A stretch of DNA of 60,630 nt, filler included, from Basidiobolus meristosporus CBS 931.73 (taxonomy: Eukaryota > Fungi > Basidiobolomycota), in NCBI GenBank assembly GCA_002104905.1. It is 3 parts of 3 records of this genome, joined end to end, with 100 filler letters (N's around TTAATTAATTAA, not from the genome) between each part and the next. Parts side by side here need not be neighbours in the genome. Positions count along the whole stretch, not along the records: positions 1 to 30,409 come from MCFE01000850.1; positions 30,510 to 45,461 come from MCFE01001162.1; 1 more part is not named here. One strand, written 5' to 3'. The position numbers were made by a program, and so were the translations under genes. Below the pieces are notes generated by a model. That model saw only the letters and a list, made by a program, of their open reading frames with translations, searched no databases and was not told the origin of the DNA. Numbering within the stretch: position 1 is the stretch's first letter; each line of letters opens with the position of its first letter. Positions 23,595 through 37,270 of the stretch are shown here, one piece after another.

Positions 23595-24539
23595 GTGTTC
23601 ATATTTACTGGCTACATCACATTTTACATACTGTGGCTAAACGCTACATGCCTCTAAAACATCGGTGAAATCAAAGTTGATATTTCATGACTAACTTTTT
23701 TTATTATTTGCACATTAATTCATCGTGTAGTAAGTACAACATGTATTGTGGCAAACCCCACTTCAGCGAGGGTAGCACAATGCTCAATATGCCGACTTAT
23801 TCAAAAACGAGCCATATATTGTCAGCTTTTGTGAGGAGCACGTGAGTAATAGCTGTCAACGATTTGGTACAGATCGGAGATTGCAGCATTACTTCTAGTT
23901 CTTTAATAGTTCTATAGTTCAATGATTGGTCGAACAACATGGTGATTAACAAAATATTCGGTAGAAGTATACCATCAATATACAGGGATATTTTAGCATC
24001 ATGGCTGACGATTAGGTCGTCAATGTAAAGATAGTGAGTAACATGAGTAAACCTATTAATAGCGCTATGAATGTGACCTTGATTGCTATTCAGGCTCGTT
24101 GTAGCATTTACGGTAATGTAGTTCGATGCCGCGGCTTGACCACTATCGATTAGTGTCTTTTAATAAAACTGGACATCTTGATGGTAAGAGAAGATATATA
24201 CAAACGAACCAACGCTAGAAGCATACGTTTTAATTGTTTCTCCAATGGCAATATCAGAACTATCCTAATGCAAACATTCACACGCCGTATATATGGAAAT
24301 AATGTCACTCACATGTAAAGTATGCCCATGATTTCAATTGCTATCCTAGTGAAAATGATTTGTACTCTAGCGACTTAATCCAAAGGCCATCAATATTTTG
24401 TAAGCATTATTCTTGCCATCAAGTTCTAGAAAGGCGCTTTATTCATCTCAAGTTAGATTACTTACAAAACAATGACAAATTATATTTTACAGGTTGGGTA
24501 GAACCTAGTCTCATTTCTTATGTCAACATTGCTGCTTAA

Positions 24540-25707
24540 TTACACTTTGATTTCTTCCTCCTCAATCATCATGGTATCCTTCTCCCCACGCACCACCACA
24601 ATGTCCTTCTCGAGCTGCATAAATCCACCATACTTGTAGATCAAGATCGCCAGTATCCAGATAACCACGAACAACGATACGATGCAGTAGCCAACGATGT
24701 CGAAATTATCTCCAATGGTGCCAAAGAACTCCCAGAATGATCCGGTCAGCTCTAGCTTATCACCAAGAATGTTGAACACCTGAACCAGTCCAATGAGGAT
24801 GGCAATCAGCACGGAGATGAAGGTGATGGTGAAGTTGAAGTAGATCTTGCGGATAGGCGAGATAAAGGCCCAGCTGTAGGTGCACAACATGAGCATACCA
24901 TCCAGCGTGTCAATCAGGGACATTCCGGCAGTGAATAGGAACGGGAAGAATAGGATCAGTCCAATGTTGAGTCCGTTGTTGGCTTGTGTAGCAGACAGCG
25001 CCAATAATGTGATCTCGGTGGCTGTGTCGAACCCGAACCCGAACAACACCCCCAACGGATACATCTTCCAGCTAGCATCGATGAAGTTGAAGATTGGTCT
25101 GAAGAACCTGGACAAGACTCCTCCCGAGTTGAGCATCTCCTCCACATCAATCTCTCTGTATACCTTCTCTCGACGAAGTGTCTGCAGCTGTTTCCAAATG
25201 CTAACCAGGACAATTGCGTTCATGATACCGATTAGCAGTAAGAATGCACCAGATACACAAGTCCCAATCACTCCACTCACATCCTGGAATGCGGGGAACT
25301 TATCGGCCACTGCTGTAGCCGTGGCTGCGATGGCAATGGCTGCTACAACCACAATTGTCGAGTGGCCTAAAGAGAAGAAGAGTCCCACAAGGCATGGTCT
25401 CTTGCCAGACTGGATCAACTTTCTCGTGACATTGTCGATTGCTGGATATCCATTAGTCACGAATCGGTAAGCAATTAGAACTGATGATGATCTACCTACC
25501 AGTAATATGATCAGCATCTAAAGCATGGCGAAGTCCAAGGGTATATGCCAGAACTGCCTGGCTGACGAGTCCATTGTATGACCGCAAAGCAAGGATAGCG
25601 GCTACCCACAAGGCGATGTTTACCACAACCAAAGTGGAAATAGTAATGATGATCTTCCGCCTAAGCGGCTTATTCTCAGCTGTCATGAATGCCCTGTAAA
25701 CCTCCAT
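24540..25707 (-). CDS. nic1: High-affinity nickel permease (NiCoT/HoxN family), 369 aa, 2 exons
   Basis: Signature RHALDADHI, FSLGHST, LFGFGFDTATE. Intron 25442-25499 joins DADHIT-A-IDNVTRKL. Confidence 0.93.
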
Positions 25708-26553
25708 AGCGCCAATTCTGTATTATTAGAGTGCGGATATACTTTTTGAGTGGAAGATAATAGTTGAATGAGGTAGTGATTGGTGCAGAGGTTAGACTTT
25801 ACGTACCCATATTTATAGGTTTTCTCATATCACCTGGGATAGTGAGTAGGACCCAGGGTAGGTGTTTCCTGTTTCAATAAATCAACGTCAAGGCTAAACC
25901 ATCCACGGATGATAGGGGCTCCAACAATGGAACTGGGTACGAATGTAATCAAAAAGCTCTTTACCTGACTTTTGCAACTGATCATTGTGGTAAGATCAGC
26001 AGCATCATTGCGATAACCATTTTACCAAGTATGTGGACAAAAATTCGGTTGTAGTGGAAATATCTCGTCTAGCAGGAAAAGCTATTGGGGTATATCACCT
26101 GTGCTATGTTACCCAGTGTTGGAAATTTTCACACAAAGATAAGGGGCGGTTTGCTGATTGTTAAAGTACGTGATAATAAACATGTGACTCTCTTGCCACA
26201 TGCTAGATAGTGTCCCCATGCTGATCCAATTGGATTTCAAAGAACCGGCATTGGTACAAGTTGTATCCTCACCATTCTAGCTTGTATCGGATGAGGCAAT
26301 ATACCCAATTCCTGGATTTGGTTAGCTAGATAATCTTGCTTTTGATATTACACCATCTGAACTAATTCTACATTAGTGGTGATCTCTATATACTTTTATA
26401 TGCAATAACCCTTATATTGTCTTTTACACCCTTTATTAACAGAATGGAAGATTAAAATATTACTACCACTGTAAAAAGTTTGTTCATACGTGTTTACAAA
26501 CACCTTTCAATAGAGTCTTGTAAGTACCCAAGTTATCCATATGTATACCTGTT

Positions 26554-27460
26554 TTAAGAGAATACCTTAAATTTCAACTTCTCACGCACCACCATAATGT
26601 CCTTCTCGAACTTCCCAAATCCACCATACTTGTAGATCAAGATCGCCAGCATCCAGATAACCACGAACAACGATACGATGCAGTAGCCAACGATGTCGAA
26701 ATTATCTCCAATGGTGCCAAAGAGCTCCCAGAATGATCCGGTCAGCTCTAGCTTATCACCAAGAATGTTGAACACCTGAACCAGTCCAATGAGGATGGCA
26801 ATCAGCACGGAGATGAAGGTGATGGTGAAGTTGAAGTAGATCTTGCGGATGGGCGAGATAAAGGCCCAGCTGTAGGTGCACAACATGAGCATACCATCCA
26901 GCGTGTCAATCAGGGACATCCCGGCAGTGAATAGGAACGGGAAGAATAGGATCAGTCCAATGTTGAGTCCGTTGTTGGCTTGTGTAGCAGACAGCGCCAA
27001 TAATGTGATCTCGGTGGCTGTGTCGAACCCGAACCCGAACAACACCCCCAACGGATACATCTTCCAGCTAGCATCGATGAAGTTGAAGATTGGTCTGAAG
27101 AACCTGGACAAGACTCCTCCCGAGTTGAGCATCTCCTCCACATCAATCTCTCTGTACACCTTCTCTCGACGAAGTGTCTGCAGCTGTTTCCAAATGCTAA
27201 CCAGGACAATTGCGTTCATGATACCGATTAGCAGTAAGAATGCACCAGATACACAAGTCCCGATCACCCCACTCACATCCTGGAATGCGGGGAACTTATG
27301 CCAATGGCTGCTATAGCCACGACCGTGGAGCAGCCTAAAAGTCCATCATATGATCACAAGACAAGCATAGCGGCTACTCACAGGCCAACATTTACCATAA
27401 CCAAAGTTGAAATAGTGAGAAAAATCTTCCGTCTGGGTGGCTTATTCTGACAACTTTCAT
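26554..27460 (-). pseudogene. NiCoT paralog pseudogene
   Basis: 5' part (27300-27460) has two in-frame TGA stops and deletions removing RHALDADH to FSLGH. The 3' part is nearly identical to the intact gene. Confidence 0.85.
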
Positions 27461-28336
27461 AATACCAATCTTTATTACTGAATCATGTATTGATGGAGTG
27501 ACTACTGTACTAGGTGGAATGAGCTTAAGGATCTGAGCAGAAACCAATCTCATCCACGTAATCTGTCACTATAAAGCATACTTGTTTGAACTATTGGACT
27601 TAAGTTTAATTCTCGTATCCCCATTCGATTGGTATTAAATAGACTCGGCAGTTATTTGAAGAATGCACTACTGAACCTCGGCCATTGATATCTGCCACAG
27701 AAATCATTCTAATTAATTCAACAACTTAGGTTCTAAACTTATCTAAATCATGAATTACTACGGCTTCTAAATGTTGTCAGGGGAAGAGTACCAAATGCGA
27801 TGTGTGCTGGCTTGGGGATAAAGGAGTTGTGTTGGGTCGAAACAAGCTTTTCCAAGGAGCGAAATATTATTTGTCCACAACTCAACAGATCAGGTCAGCA
27901 GAGTCATTAGTAAATTACAATCAGGTTTGTAGGGTCTAGGTTCCATACCGCCCTCATGATTAATGACTTTTGTGGACCAATTGACTCGGTGATATAGATC
28001 CATGTATCTAGCAGGTAGTGTGGTAAATTACCTTAGGTCAACATTCGTAGCCATAAATGCCCATACTATGGTCATTATAATATATATTTGATGAAGATAA
28101 TCTACCATAATGCGCCCCAACAAATTCGCATCCCTGCACGATGCAATAGAGATGACAAAAATCCCTAGCTTCTAAATCTAGATAATATCATTGTTAGAAT
28201 ACACTGTATTTATTAAGTTGTAGTCGTTCTAGGCAAATATGTCCAGATTGGAGATCAGATACTATTTTAGGTGGTTTTGTGATTAGCTCCCCTCGCTCTT
28301 GATTGTATTATTCATGCCAACGCGCTCCAACAATGG

Positions 28337-29289
28337 TCATAGTGGCTTCTGCCCCCAAGTATAGTAAGCGAATCCGTAGGTTTTATACTCGAAACATTCT
28401 TTCTCAAATTCCTTCAGTAGCTGAGATATCTGCTGCTCCGTTTTCCCAGAGGCTGCAACAAACAAGGGCATCATGTTAGCAAAGATCATGCTCAGATCTT
28501 TCACCATGAATTTGTCTATTTCACTGTTGCTAATTCCCATGGGCGAAACGTGACGCGAGTGATGGATATTACTTAGCCCTCCTTGCTTCACAAAATTTGG
28601 GATTTCTTGAACGACGTAGGGATCGATTCCTCTTTTCTTCATGAAGGCGGTAAAGTATGGCTCCAGCTGTTTCCAGGCCGGACCGTAATCCCGGAAGTAA
28701 ATATCCGTGTCGATGATTTCTATCCAACCACCTGGCTTAACCACTCGTATCAATTCCGCGCATAGTTTCGGCCAGGCTGTAGCAGGCATGCCAGCAACTA
28801 GTAATCTTTGGTACACGAAGTCGAAAGTGTTGTCTTTGTATGGGAGTCCTTTTAAAATGTCGCCCTGTGTAAAGGTGAAATTTGGAAAGTCGTTCTCAGG
28901 GTCAATGCCACCGTTGACATCAATCCCGTCAAACATGGTGTCGGGAAACAGAAGAGACATGTCCTATGAATTGCGCATGTCAGCAAAACGCTATTCAAGA
29001 AAAATCATTCAGCCGGAATACCTTTGCCCAGATTCCAGTACCGCATCCCACATCCAAAATACGCTTGACGTCTTTACTAATCGGTGCACCATAATTACCT
29101 TTGCGAACATACCGGAAGATATAGTGTTGAATGTTCAATCTTGATTGCAAACAGTTAAACATTGTTCCTTTAAATTTGGAGAGTCACAGGAGCTGACCTA
29201 CTAAGCTCCGCTATGTTATTTGGCAATACGTAAGGAACTTCCTCAAACTTTGAGGTAGGCTCCTCTTCATTTGAATAGTTGGATAGCAT
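28337..29289 (-). CDS. SAM-dependent methyltransferase, LaeA-like fungal class; 278 aa, 3 exons
   Basis: Exons 29289-29198, 29139-29022, 28963-28337 with two 58-nt introns. YVLPNNIAELSRLNIQHY, SAM motif ILDVGCGTGIW, FDFVYQR, RVVKPGGWIE. Confidence 0.9.
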
Positions 29290-30409
29290 GATTCGAGAGG
29301 GATGGTTTGAGGATGCTTCATTGGCAAGCGCACTCCGATCGCTTATATACAAAAAGGGCCATCGGGATTCTAGAAAATGTGCTCCACACCACCTATCTAC
29401 AGAGGTACAATATGAAACATATCGTAGTGCATCGACTTTTCGAAATGGACTGAAGTTACAGTGTATAACACAGCAACTACATCCATAACATAGTATTCGT
29501 TCGTAAACTTCTTGGATTAATTCCAACTAATTGTAGCATCAGTAGTACAAGTGCAAACCCTTGCAAGCCACAAGAATTTGCCCGATGTCACATTAGGAGC
29601 CAGACTACGCCTTGGACAAATGAAAGATAATTCATCTGTTTCTCCATCATCCCAGTTGTTTCAGAGTTGGTAGCATCCATGATATTACTCGGCTACTCAA
29701 TGGGTGGAGTAGGTTACATATGGTGGGTTACACCATAAGTAATACCGGATAGTGGACTTATTAAGTGTGAAGAAATCCCCACCTGAATCTCATCCTCTTA
29801 CTTTCCGGCAGTATTTATCTCCATTCTTACATGTTAAGTTTTGCTAGTATGATTCTAGTGAAGCTTGATCCGCATGCTTGTCTCTATTTTTGCAAGCTCT
29901 ACCGAAAGCATTAATACCCTACTCTCCCCCAATAAGCCACAGTATATCCTTACTTTACCCAATCTCTGGTTGCTTCATGTACACCCTATGAGAATATAGG
30001 GTTTATCTTTTCTTTCATTCATGATATTGTTAAGTAGTTGTGGTATGGTGGGAACTCATGGAATCATTAACTTGGAATGACTGGTCACGATTTTTTAGGA
30101 TTTACAGTTTGGCTGCAGGCACAGGTTCACAAACAGTCACCAACAATATCCCCACTTTACCTAGTGTTCAAACATCCATGTGACTTCCTGGTTTCATATT
30201 CTGGCCAGTAGATATGGAAGCCTAGAATTGAGTAATGAATACATCATGAATATATGCTGGAATAATTTATACTTACTTATTCCTAAGCCTGATAGATCAA
30301 ACCAAAGGAGTTACCTGATGCTCCCATGTTGTCTTGTTGAGTTCAAACGAAAGAGATGCTGTAAGAAAGGTCCCAGAAAATAATGTGCAAAGTTCGACGA
30401 GGTTGAAAT

Positions 30410-30509
30410 NNNNNNNNNNNNNNNNNNNNNNNNNNNNNNNNNNNNNNNNNNNNTTAATTAATTAANNNNNNNNNNNNNNNNNNNNNNNNNNNNNNNNNNN
30501 NNNNNNNNN
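30410..30509. other. Artificial contig linker (N44-TTAATTAATTAA-N44)
   Basis: Exactly 100 bp, symmetric, has stops in all six frames, identical to 45462-45561. Confidence 0.95.
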
Positions 30510-30894
30510 ATTGGGTTCAATCATGTTGGGTAACTAATGAAGTTGAAATCAAGAAAAGAGCAACTCACCGACTTGTTTGTTGTACTTGCACGCATCATCA
30601 TCATGGCATAAAAAGCAAAATATTTGTATCAATCATTGAATAAGCTCTACTTTCATTCTGGGTGAATATTAATACTTATGCATGTTCATGAGACTTATCT
30701 TTTTAGTATTATGAGACGATTATGTAACTTCTGCTTAGTGATATTTGTAGGGACGGGACACCACAAGGATTTGCATGCTAATGAAATGAATTCGGCCCAC
30801 TTTACAGAATATAATTAATCTTGAATGTTTATTATACAATCAAATATTCCAAATTTACTCTTCACTATTTAACACAGGATTGGCTTCCCAAAAC

Positions 30895-33800
30895 TTAGTT
30901 GACATCCTCCAACATTTGCTTGCTCACAAGCATATGATAGAACCCACGCTTAGCTAGAAGTTCTGTGTGGGTTCCCAGCTCAATTACCGTTCCGTTCTTG
31001 ACCACCACAATGAGATCGGCATTCTGAACGGTTGAGAGTCTATGCGCTATAGTGATGGTTGTGCGACCTTCGGATGCGCTATCCAGGGCAGCTTGAACTA
31101 CCTTCTCACTTTCAGAGTCCAAAGCTGAAGTGGCTTCGTCCAAAAGAAGTAAGGTTGGGTTACGGATGATCGCCCGAGCAATGGCTACACGCTGCTTCTG
31201 TCCACCAGAGAGCTGGGCTCCCTTTTGGCCAACGTTGGTGTTGTATCCATTAGGAAGATTGATGATGAAGTCATGGATGTTGGCTGCCTTAGCTGCCTCT
31301 TCAATGCGGCACTGTAGCACATTAGAGATCTCCAACGACCCATCGTCTCTTGTTTGGAGGTTGTTGATGATGCCATACGCAATATTCTCAGCAATACTGC
31401 ACCCAAATAGGACCGGCTCCTGCCCGACAGTGGCCATGTGAGAGCGGAGATCGTTGAGGTTCCAATCACGCACATCGATATCCTCAACATTAACGGAGTT
31501 GGGCTTACAGGCACTCTGGCAAGTCGCATTTGAATTTTCTCTTTGGCGTACTTGAGTGACGTCATAGAAACGTTGCACCAGGGACACTATTGTGGATTTA
31601 CCTGAACCAGAGGAGCCGACTAAAGCAACGTTCTTACCGGCTAGTACAGATAGATCGAAGCCTTGGAGAATAGGGACTTTGGGGCGAGTGGGATATGAGA
31701 AGTAGGCATCGTCTACATCTACCTTGCCAGAGAAGGAAGCTGGAGGAGTTATCTTGGAGTCGGGTAATGAATCAATTTTGGGTTGACGATCAAGTAGTCG
31801 GAACATATCGCTTGCGGCAACACGGGCCCTCGAGATATTCCCGGTAAGCGAGGAGACTTGACCAACGGTTACTGCCGAGAAGATGACCGCAAATAGGACT
31901 TGCATCACTTTGGAGGAGTCATACTCTCCGGATTTGATGAGATGTGCACCGTACCAGAAGGCGAGTGCATAAACCAGATAGACAGAGCCGTTGGAGAAGC
32001 CAGTTCCTAGCGAGGATACTATAGCACCTCGGATAGCGGTTTTATGGGCCGGAGCATTACGCTCCTCAAACAAACGTTGAAAGGTTTCTTCACGTGCAAG
32101 AGAGGCCACAGTTCGCATATTCTGCACACTCTCCGATGCGATCTGCGCAGCTTGTTCGTAGGTTTTCTTGGTTTTTTCGCTAAATCCAGTTAAAGATTTC
32201 ATCTGAAGTACTGTGGCAATGATGAGAACAGGAACGCACGCCAAGACGACCAGAGTCAACTTCCATCCATTCACGAAAGCAATAATGATTCCCGTGAGAA
32301 GACCAACAACAGCCTGTACGAGGACTCCCGCCAGCTTGCCGGCCAATTCTTGCACCATGTATGCCTCAGTGGATAGCTTCGAGGTAAGCGCACCTGTACC
32401 GTTTTCTTTTTCATCGAAATACGCTACTTCCTGGCGGAGATAAGCAACGAAACTAAGGCTTCTCAATCGGCGTGTTAAACGCTCACCAGCGATATCAAAA
32501 AATGCTGTCTTGGAAAATCCCGAAAAAAACGAGACTATTCCAAGAACAACAAACATCAGAGACCAGAAGTCGGCATCCTTCTTCATTTTCGATAGATCCT
32601 GGTTCGCAAATGCCTCCATAATGTATCTAAAGATAATCGAGAAGATTGGCATGATTGCTCCGTCGATTGCCGACCCAATGGTTCCTATGACCAGCAAATA
32701 CCATTCGGGTTGATTTAACTTGAAAACCCGGCCAAACGAAAAGTATTAACCGTTCTCCTTGGACTCCTTGCTCTCTTCAGACACAGCTGTGTACTGCGAA
32801 AAACGACTGGCGAGCTTGGAAATTGGGTCGACTGGATTCTCTCCTAGTATGTGGCCGACAGCATCTACTGCATCCGCGGTAACCTCCTGCTCTCTCTGGT
32901 CTTCGGACTTTCTGAGCTCTTGTGCTCTCACCAGACCAGCATAGACTCCTTCTTGTGCAATCAGCTCGCTATGGGTACCCGATTCCACCATTGTTCCCTG
33001 CTGCATGACAACAATTAGGTCGGCATTTTTGATGGTCGAAAGACGGTGTGCAATCACAATGGTGGTTCTGTCGCGGGCCGCCTTGTCCAATGCATCCTGG
33101 ACAATTCCCTCTGATTCCGTGTCCAACGCACTGGTGGCCTCATCCAACAACAGAATCCTGGGGTTCTTGATCAACGCACGTGCAATGGCAATTCTTTGCT
33201 TTTGGCCGCCAGAGAGGAGTGCACCCTTCTCACCGACAAGGGTGTCGTACCTGTCAGGGAGAGCCGATATGAAGTCATGGGCGTTGGCTAATTTGCAGGC
33301 TCGTTCCACCTCTTCGCGGGTGGGAATATCATCGTCGTTCCTGCTTCCCCACACGATGTTTTCGTAAATACTAGTGCCGAATAGGACCGGCTCTTGTCCC
33401 ACAAGGCCTATGCTTCTGCGCAGGTCCTTGATGTTAAACTCCTTGAGGTCAATTCCATCGATGCTGACTGTTCCTTTGGTAGGGTCGTAGAAGCGCTCCA
33501 AGAGCTGTACGCAGGTACTCTTTCCACTACCGCTAGATCCAACTAGGGCAACTGTCTGGCCTGGCTTAACTTGCAGGTTGAAATTCTTAAGGATTGGGAC
33601 ATCCAATCGACAAGGGTACGTGAAACTGACGTCTTGAAACTCTATATATCCTTGAAGAGATTTCTCTGGATTTGAGTAGTCTATGCGTCTACCCTCGTCA
33701 GAAGAAGGATCAATCATAGATTGGCGCTCGATGATCTCGTAGACTTTGGCAGCAGCGCCTTGGGCAGAGCTAATAGAGCTCATGTAGGGGGAAGCTGTAC

Positions 33801-34788
33801 CTAGAGACATTGCACCGAGCATGAGAGAGATGATTACATTCAAAACTTGCTCAGAGGTCATCGTGTGATCATAAATCAGCCGAGAGCCGTACCAAAAGCC
33901 AAGAGCATAGGTGAAATAGACAACCATCATCATGAGACCTAAACCAAGTCCCTCGAATATACTCCGCTTTACTCCAGCTCTTTGTGCTACATCCAGGTTG
34001 GCATTGTAACGGAGGATTTCACGTCTCTGGCTTCCAAATGCATAAACTGTTTTGATGGAAGAGAGAACTTCGTCAGCGACACCTCCTGCGCTAGCATATG
34101 CTCCTTGTCCACCTGATGTGTTTTGCGTTACAAAGCGCGTCATCAATGCACCGACTGCTGCTAGCAGAGGGAGGGCGGAAAGTAGAACCAGCGCCATCTT
34201 CCATCCCTTCACAAACGCCAAGACAAAGCCGCCAATGAAGGTAGTGATATTCTGAATAACAAGACCGACCTTCTGGGATATCCCCTCTTGAATTATCGTA
34301 ACATCGCCAGCAATACGACTGGTAAGGTCTCCACTGGATCTGAAATCAAACCAACTAATTTCTTGGCGAAGAATTGCTGCGTAATAATATTGGCGCATGC
34401 GTAGACATTGTCGCTCTCCAGTAATCATCCATAGAGAGGTCTGACCATAGGAGAGGGCAAAAGTCACCACACCAAGGATTATAAAATAGATGACATTCTG
34501 GTTGACTTTCGAGTTAAATTCTCCAATTAGCACTGGGTCAGTTGTTGGTTGAAAATTCACAATGTCGGCGAGTATTTTGGAGAAAATAACTGTCATTAGA
34601 GGTAGTGTCGCTCCGGAACCTACACTGCACAGGGAGGCTACCAATATGAGAAACCGATCGATACCCGAGGAATAGCGGAATAGTTGCAAAACTCCTATTT
34701 TCGTCTCTGCCTCCTTCTCATCGTTTGCTGGTAGGGAATGTTCGGAGTGCAATTTAAAGGATGAATTCTTTTCTTTATCCTCTGTCAT
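30895..34788 (-). CDS. ABCB (MDR1-like) transporter, intron-poor, interrupted by one in-frame TAA in the inter-half linker
   Basis: ATG at 34788 (MTEDKEK). TMD1-NBD1 ([23 protein letters not shown]), then KENG-TAA(32746-32748)[15 protein letters not shown] continuing in the same frame into TMD2-NBD2. A possible 48-nt in-frame intron lies in NBD2 near 31500-31550. Confidence 0.85.
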
Positions 34789-35557
34789 TGTGTAAATTGA
34801 TAAGGTTCCGAGCCTTGGTTGGACGTTATTTAAATGCACGGCCCTTCACGAATTATCAGTATTATTCGAACTCGTTAAACACCCGGAAAAACGGCGATCT
34901 GGAAATACGGAACCTAGCGCGATTACCCGATGTGGTTAAATGGTCAAGATCTAGATACAACCCGGATTTAGCGTGGGGGATGCTAACAAATGGATGTCAC
35001 ATATTTCTTGAGATTAACTCGCCAGGTGGAAACAAGCAAATTTTTCTTGAGAAATCAACTCATTTGGTAAGTCAATACAAAAGAAGTAGTATCAAGGGAT
35101 AGTAAGAATACTTTCAAGAATATTTCCACTTTCCCTTATATGATATTAGCATTTGGTCACACGCGCATGAAGCAAGCATTCCAAGTGTTTATTGCTACAT
35201 ATGGATAATCAGGGGCTAATCGAAAATTATTGCGACATCCGCAATTACTCTGTCATGATTTACTTCCAACAATAGTTAGCCTAGGGGATGGAAAATCACT
35301 AGTAGGTCAGATCTTTGTATAAACCAAGTCAGCTGGGAGATGTTGAAGATCTTCTTATCAAATTAGATGCCTGCGTTTTGTTCCTAACAAAGGCTGCTAC
35401 TTAGAGAAGATAAAATTTTGTGACTTAGGGAAGTAATAAATCTTAGATGATGCTTGTCAATATAATGTATATTACAGCACAACTAGCAATTAGGGGATCA
35501 AAAAAGGCATATGGGCAGGTTAATGACAATGCCACAATGAAAGGCAATACAAAGTAA

Positions 35558-36090
35558 TTTTTGTAAGAGTGTTTGAGACATCAGAAGTGATCGGGTGAAC
35601 AAGTAGATTATGTGGTTTTCACTTAATGATCTATTGATTGAAAAAGTAGTATTTATATTTTGACATGGTTTTGGCAAGACAAACAAGATAATCTGTTTAG
35701 AAAGGTCCTAAGAGTATATGTTCAGGGCTTGGGGTTGTTTAGACAACATTGTGAATTCTCATGTTCTGGGTAACTGGTGCTTTGGTGAAAATATACCAAG
35801 TAAACCCCAACCAGGAGTTTGGCCAGTATTCTATGAGATTTGTTGGTAATGATCTACACAACTAAGTTGGGGAGTATTCAGGTGTAATACATATTTTTAC
35901 TACACTCCCACAGAACTAAATATCCACTTTAACTAGTGCTAATTGTAATTTAAGATATTTAGATTTGTCTCTAGCAAATGGTTTGGTAAGTATGATGGCA
36001 ATCATTTTCATTTGTAGGACAGTAAACCAAGTAAAATAAGATATTCTCTATAGCTTCAGATATGACATCATGTCTAATATCTATATGCTT
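35558..36090 (-). mobile_element. Degenerate Ty1/copia 3' end (RNase H tail plus LTR)
   Basis: KHIDIRH...LVYCPT relic at 35970-36090; LTR (about 35558-35912) alignable to 38147-38504. Confidence 0.75.
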
Positions 36091-36320
36091 AGGGGGAAGA
36101 CAGTCACCAACAGGTGAAGTTGTTATTTCATGTGAAACAAAGAAGACATCTCTACTGTTGTAGCTTTGATACAAGAGTGTGTAGCTGAGGGGAATTTATA
36201 AGCAAGTTAATAAAGAGAGATGATAGTTCATCAGTACTCAAGACACTGTTCAGTAGGAAGGGGGGTAGCAAGTGGGGTAAGAATGATTGTGAGGAATGTT
36301 AGTGAGGGGAATGGTTGTGT
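36089..36320 (-). mobile_element. 3'-terminal fragment of the telomere-associated LINE family
   Basis: TTAGGGGG...TCACC-AACA-GGTGA...gtagctttgatacaagagtgtgtagctgagggg matches 41489-41700. Confidence 0.8.
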
Positions 36321-37270
36321 TGTATTGTGAGTAGTTTGGGGCTTGTTCTACAATGTAGAGACTATTTGGCAATATACAACAACTTCCAGTATGCTAATAT
36401 TGAAATAGCTTATTGGGAATTTAATATACCAATAGAAGACATAACTCTCACCATCATCCTCAGTGTTGGGCTCAAAATATACTGTAGGCTGTGTTTCTTA
36501 CTTCTACAGCAGTATTCTGACCCTATGCAAAATAACTTGGTCCCGCAGGTGGATCCAATCCAAGTCAGCTGTCAGGATCCTGTTGAGAGACTATCATAAT
36601 ACCAGCAGCTTAGAATTGTCACCCTCCTGACAATCTTATGATGGGATTACTATGGTGTTTTGCTAATTTTGCTGCCAAATAAAGCCATAAAACTTGACAG
36701 GGTTTGATTGGTGCTGCAACAATAATTGCATGGCATTGTTGTGGTCTTAATGCGCTCTACAACTATCTTAAATGGATCTAACCAGCCAGTTCATCCAATT
36801 GCCATGTATGGCAAGAAACTTTATGGTATACCAGCTGCCTTGCAGCAAGACTCTGGTGGCATTATTATGGCAGTATTACAGCCTACAGCTAGTACTGAAT
36901 AATGCTACCATACTAATCTACCAAATGGTATTTAGTTTTTCTACCTCCCCTTATGCAATTCATATATTCCACTGTACAATCACCCCTCTTTATTTACTTA
37001 CCCACTGCTGCCTTGGATATTCCACATGTAGTGTAAATAAAAAAAACTATGGTCTCCTGCTTACTAACCTCTATTAACATGCACACCTGCCACAATTGAC
37101 ATACTTCCATCATCTCAACTCTATGGCCTTTTAGTATGATGCTTGCAAAGTTGCCATATACCTTGTACTGCTGGTAACATATACATCTTGCAAACATATG
37201 CTTGATTGGTGCCACTTCTGCCATAGTACCTCCTGATTATCCACAAAGAACTTCTTGGTATTTAGCCATT

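Noticed and set aside
24540-29289. NiCoT, methyltransferase and siderophore genes as one metal-homeostasis cluster
   Set aside because: They are separated by unrelated genes and share no visible regulatory motif, so there is no evidence beyond loose proximity.
30454-30465. TTAATTAATTAA palindrome inside the N runs (also 45506-45517)
   Set aside because: Synthetic six-frame stop linker, not biological.
32685-32750. 66-nt intron removing the ABCB internal stop
   Set aside because: It would delete [14 protein letters not shown], a conserved ABCB pre-TM7 motif, and has a weak donor and no clear branch site. Disfavoured but not excluded.
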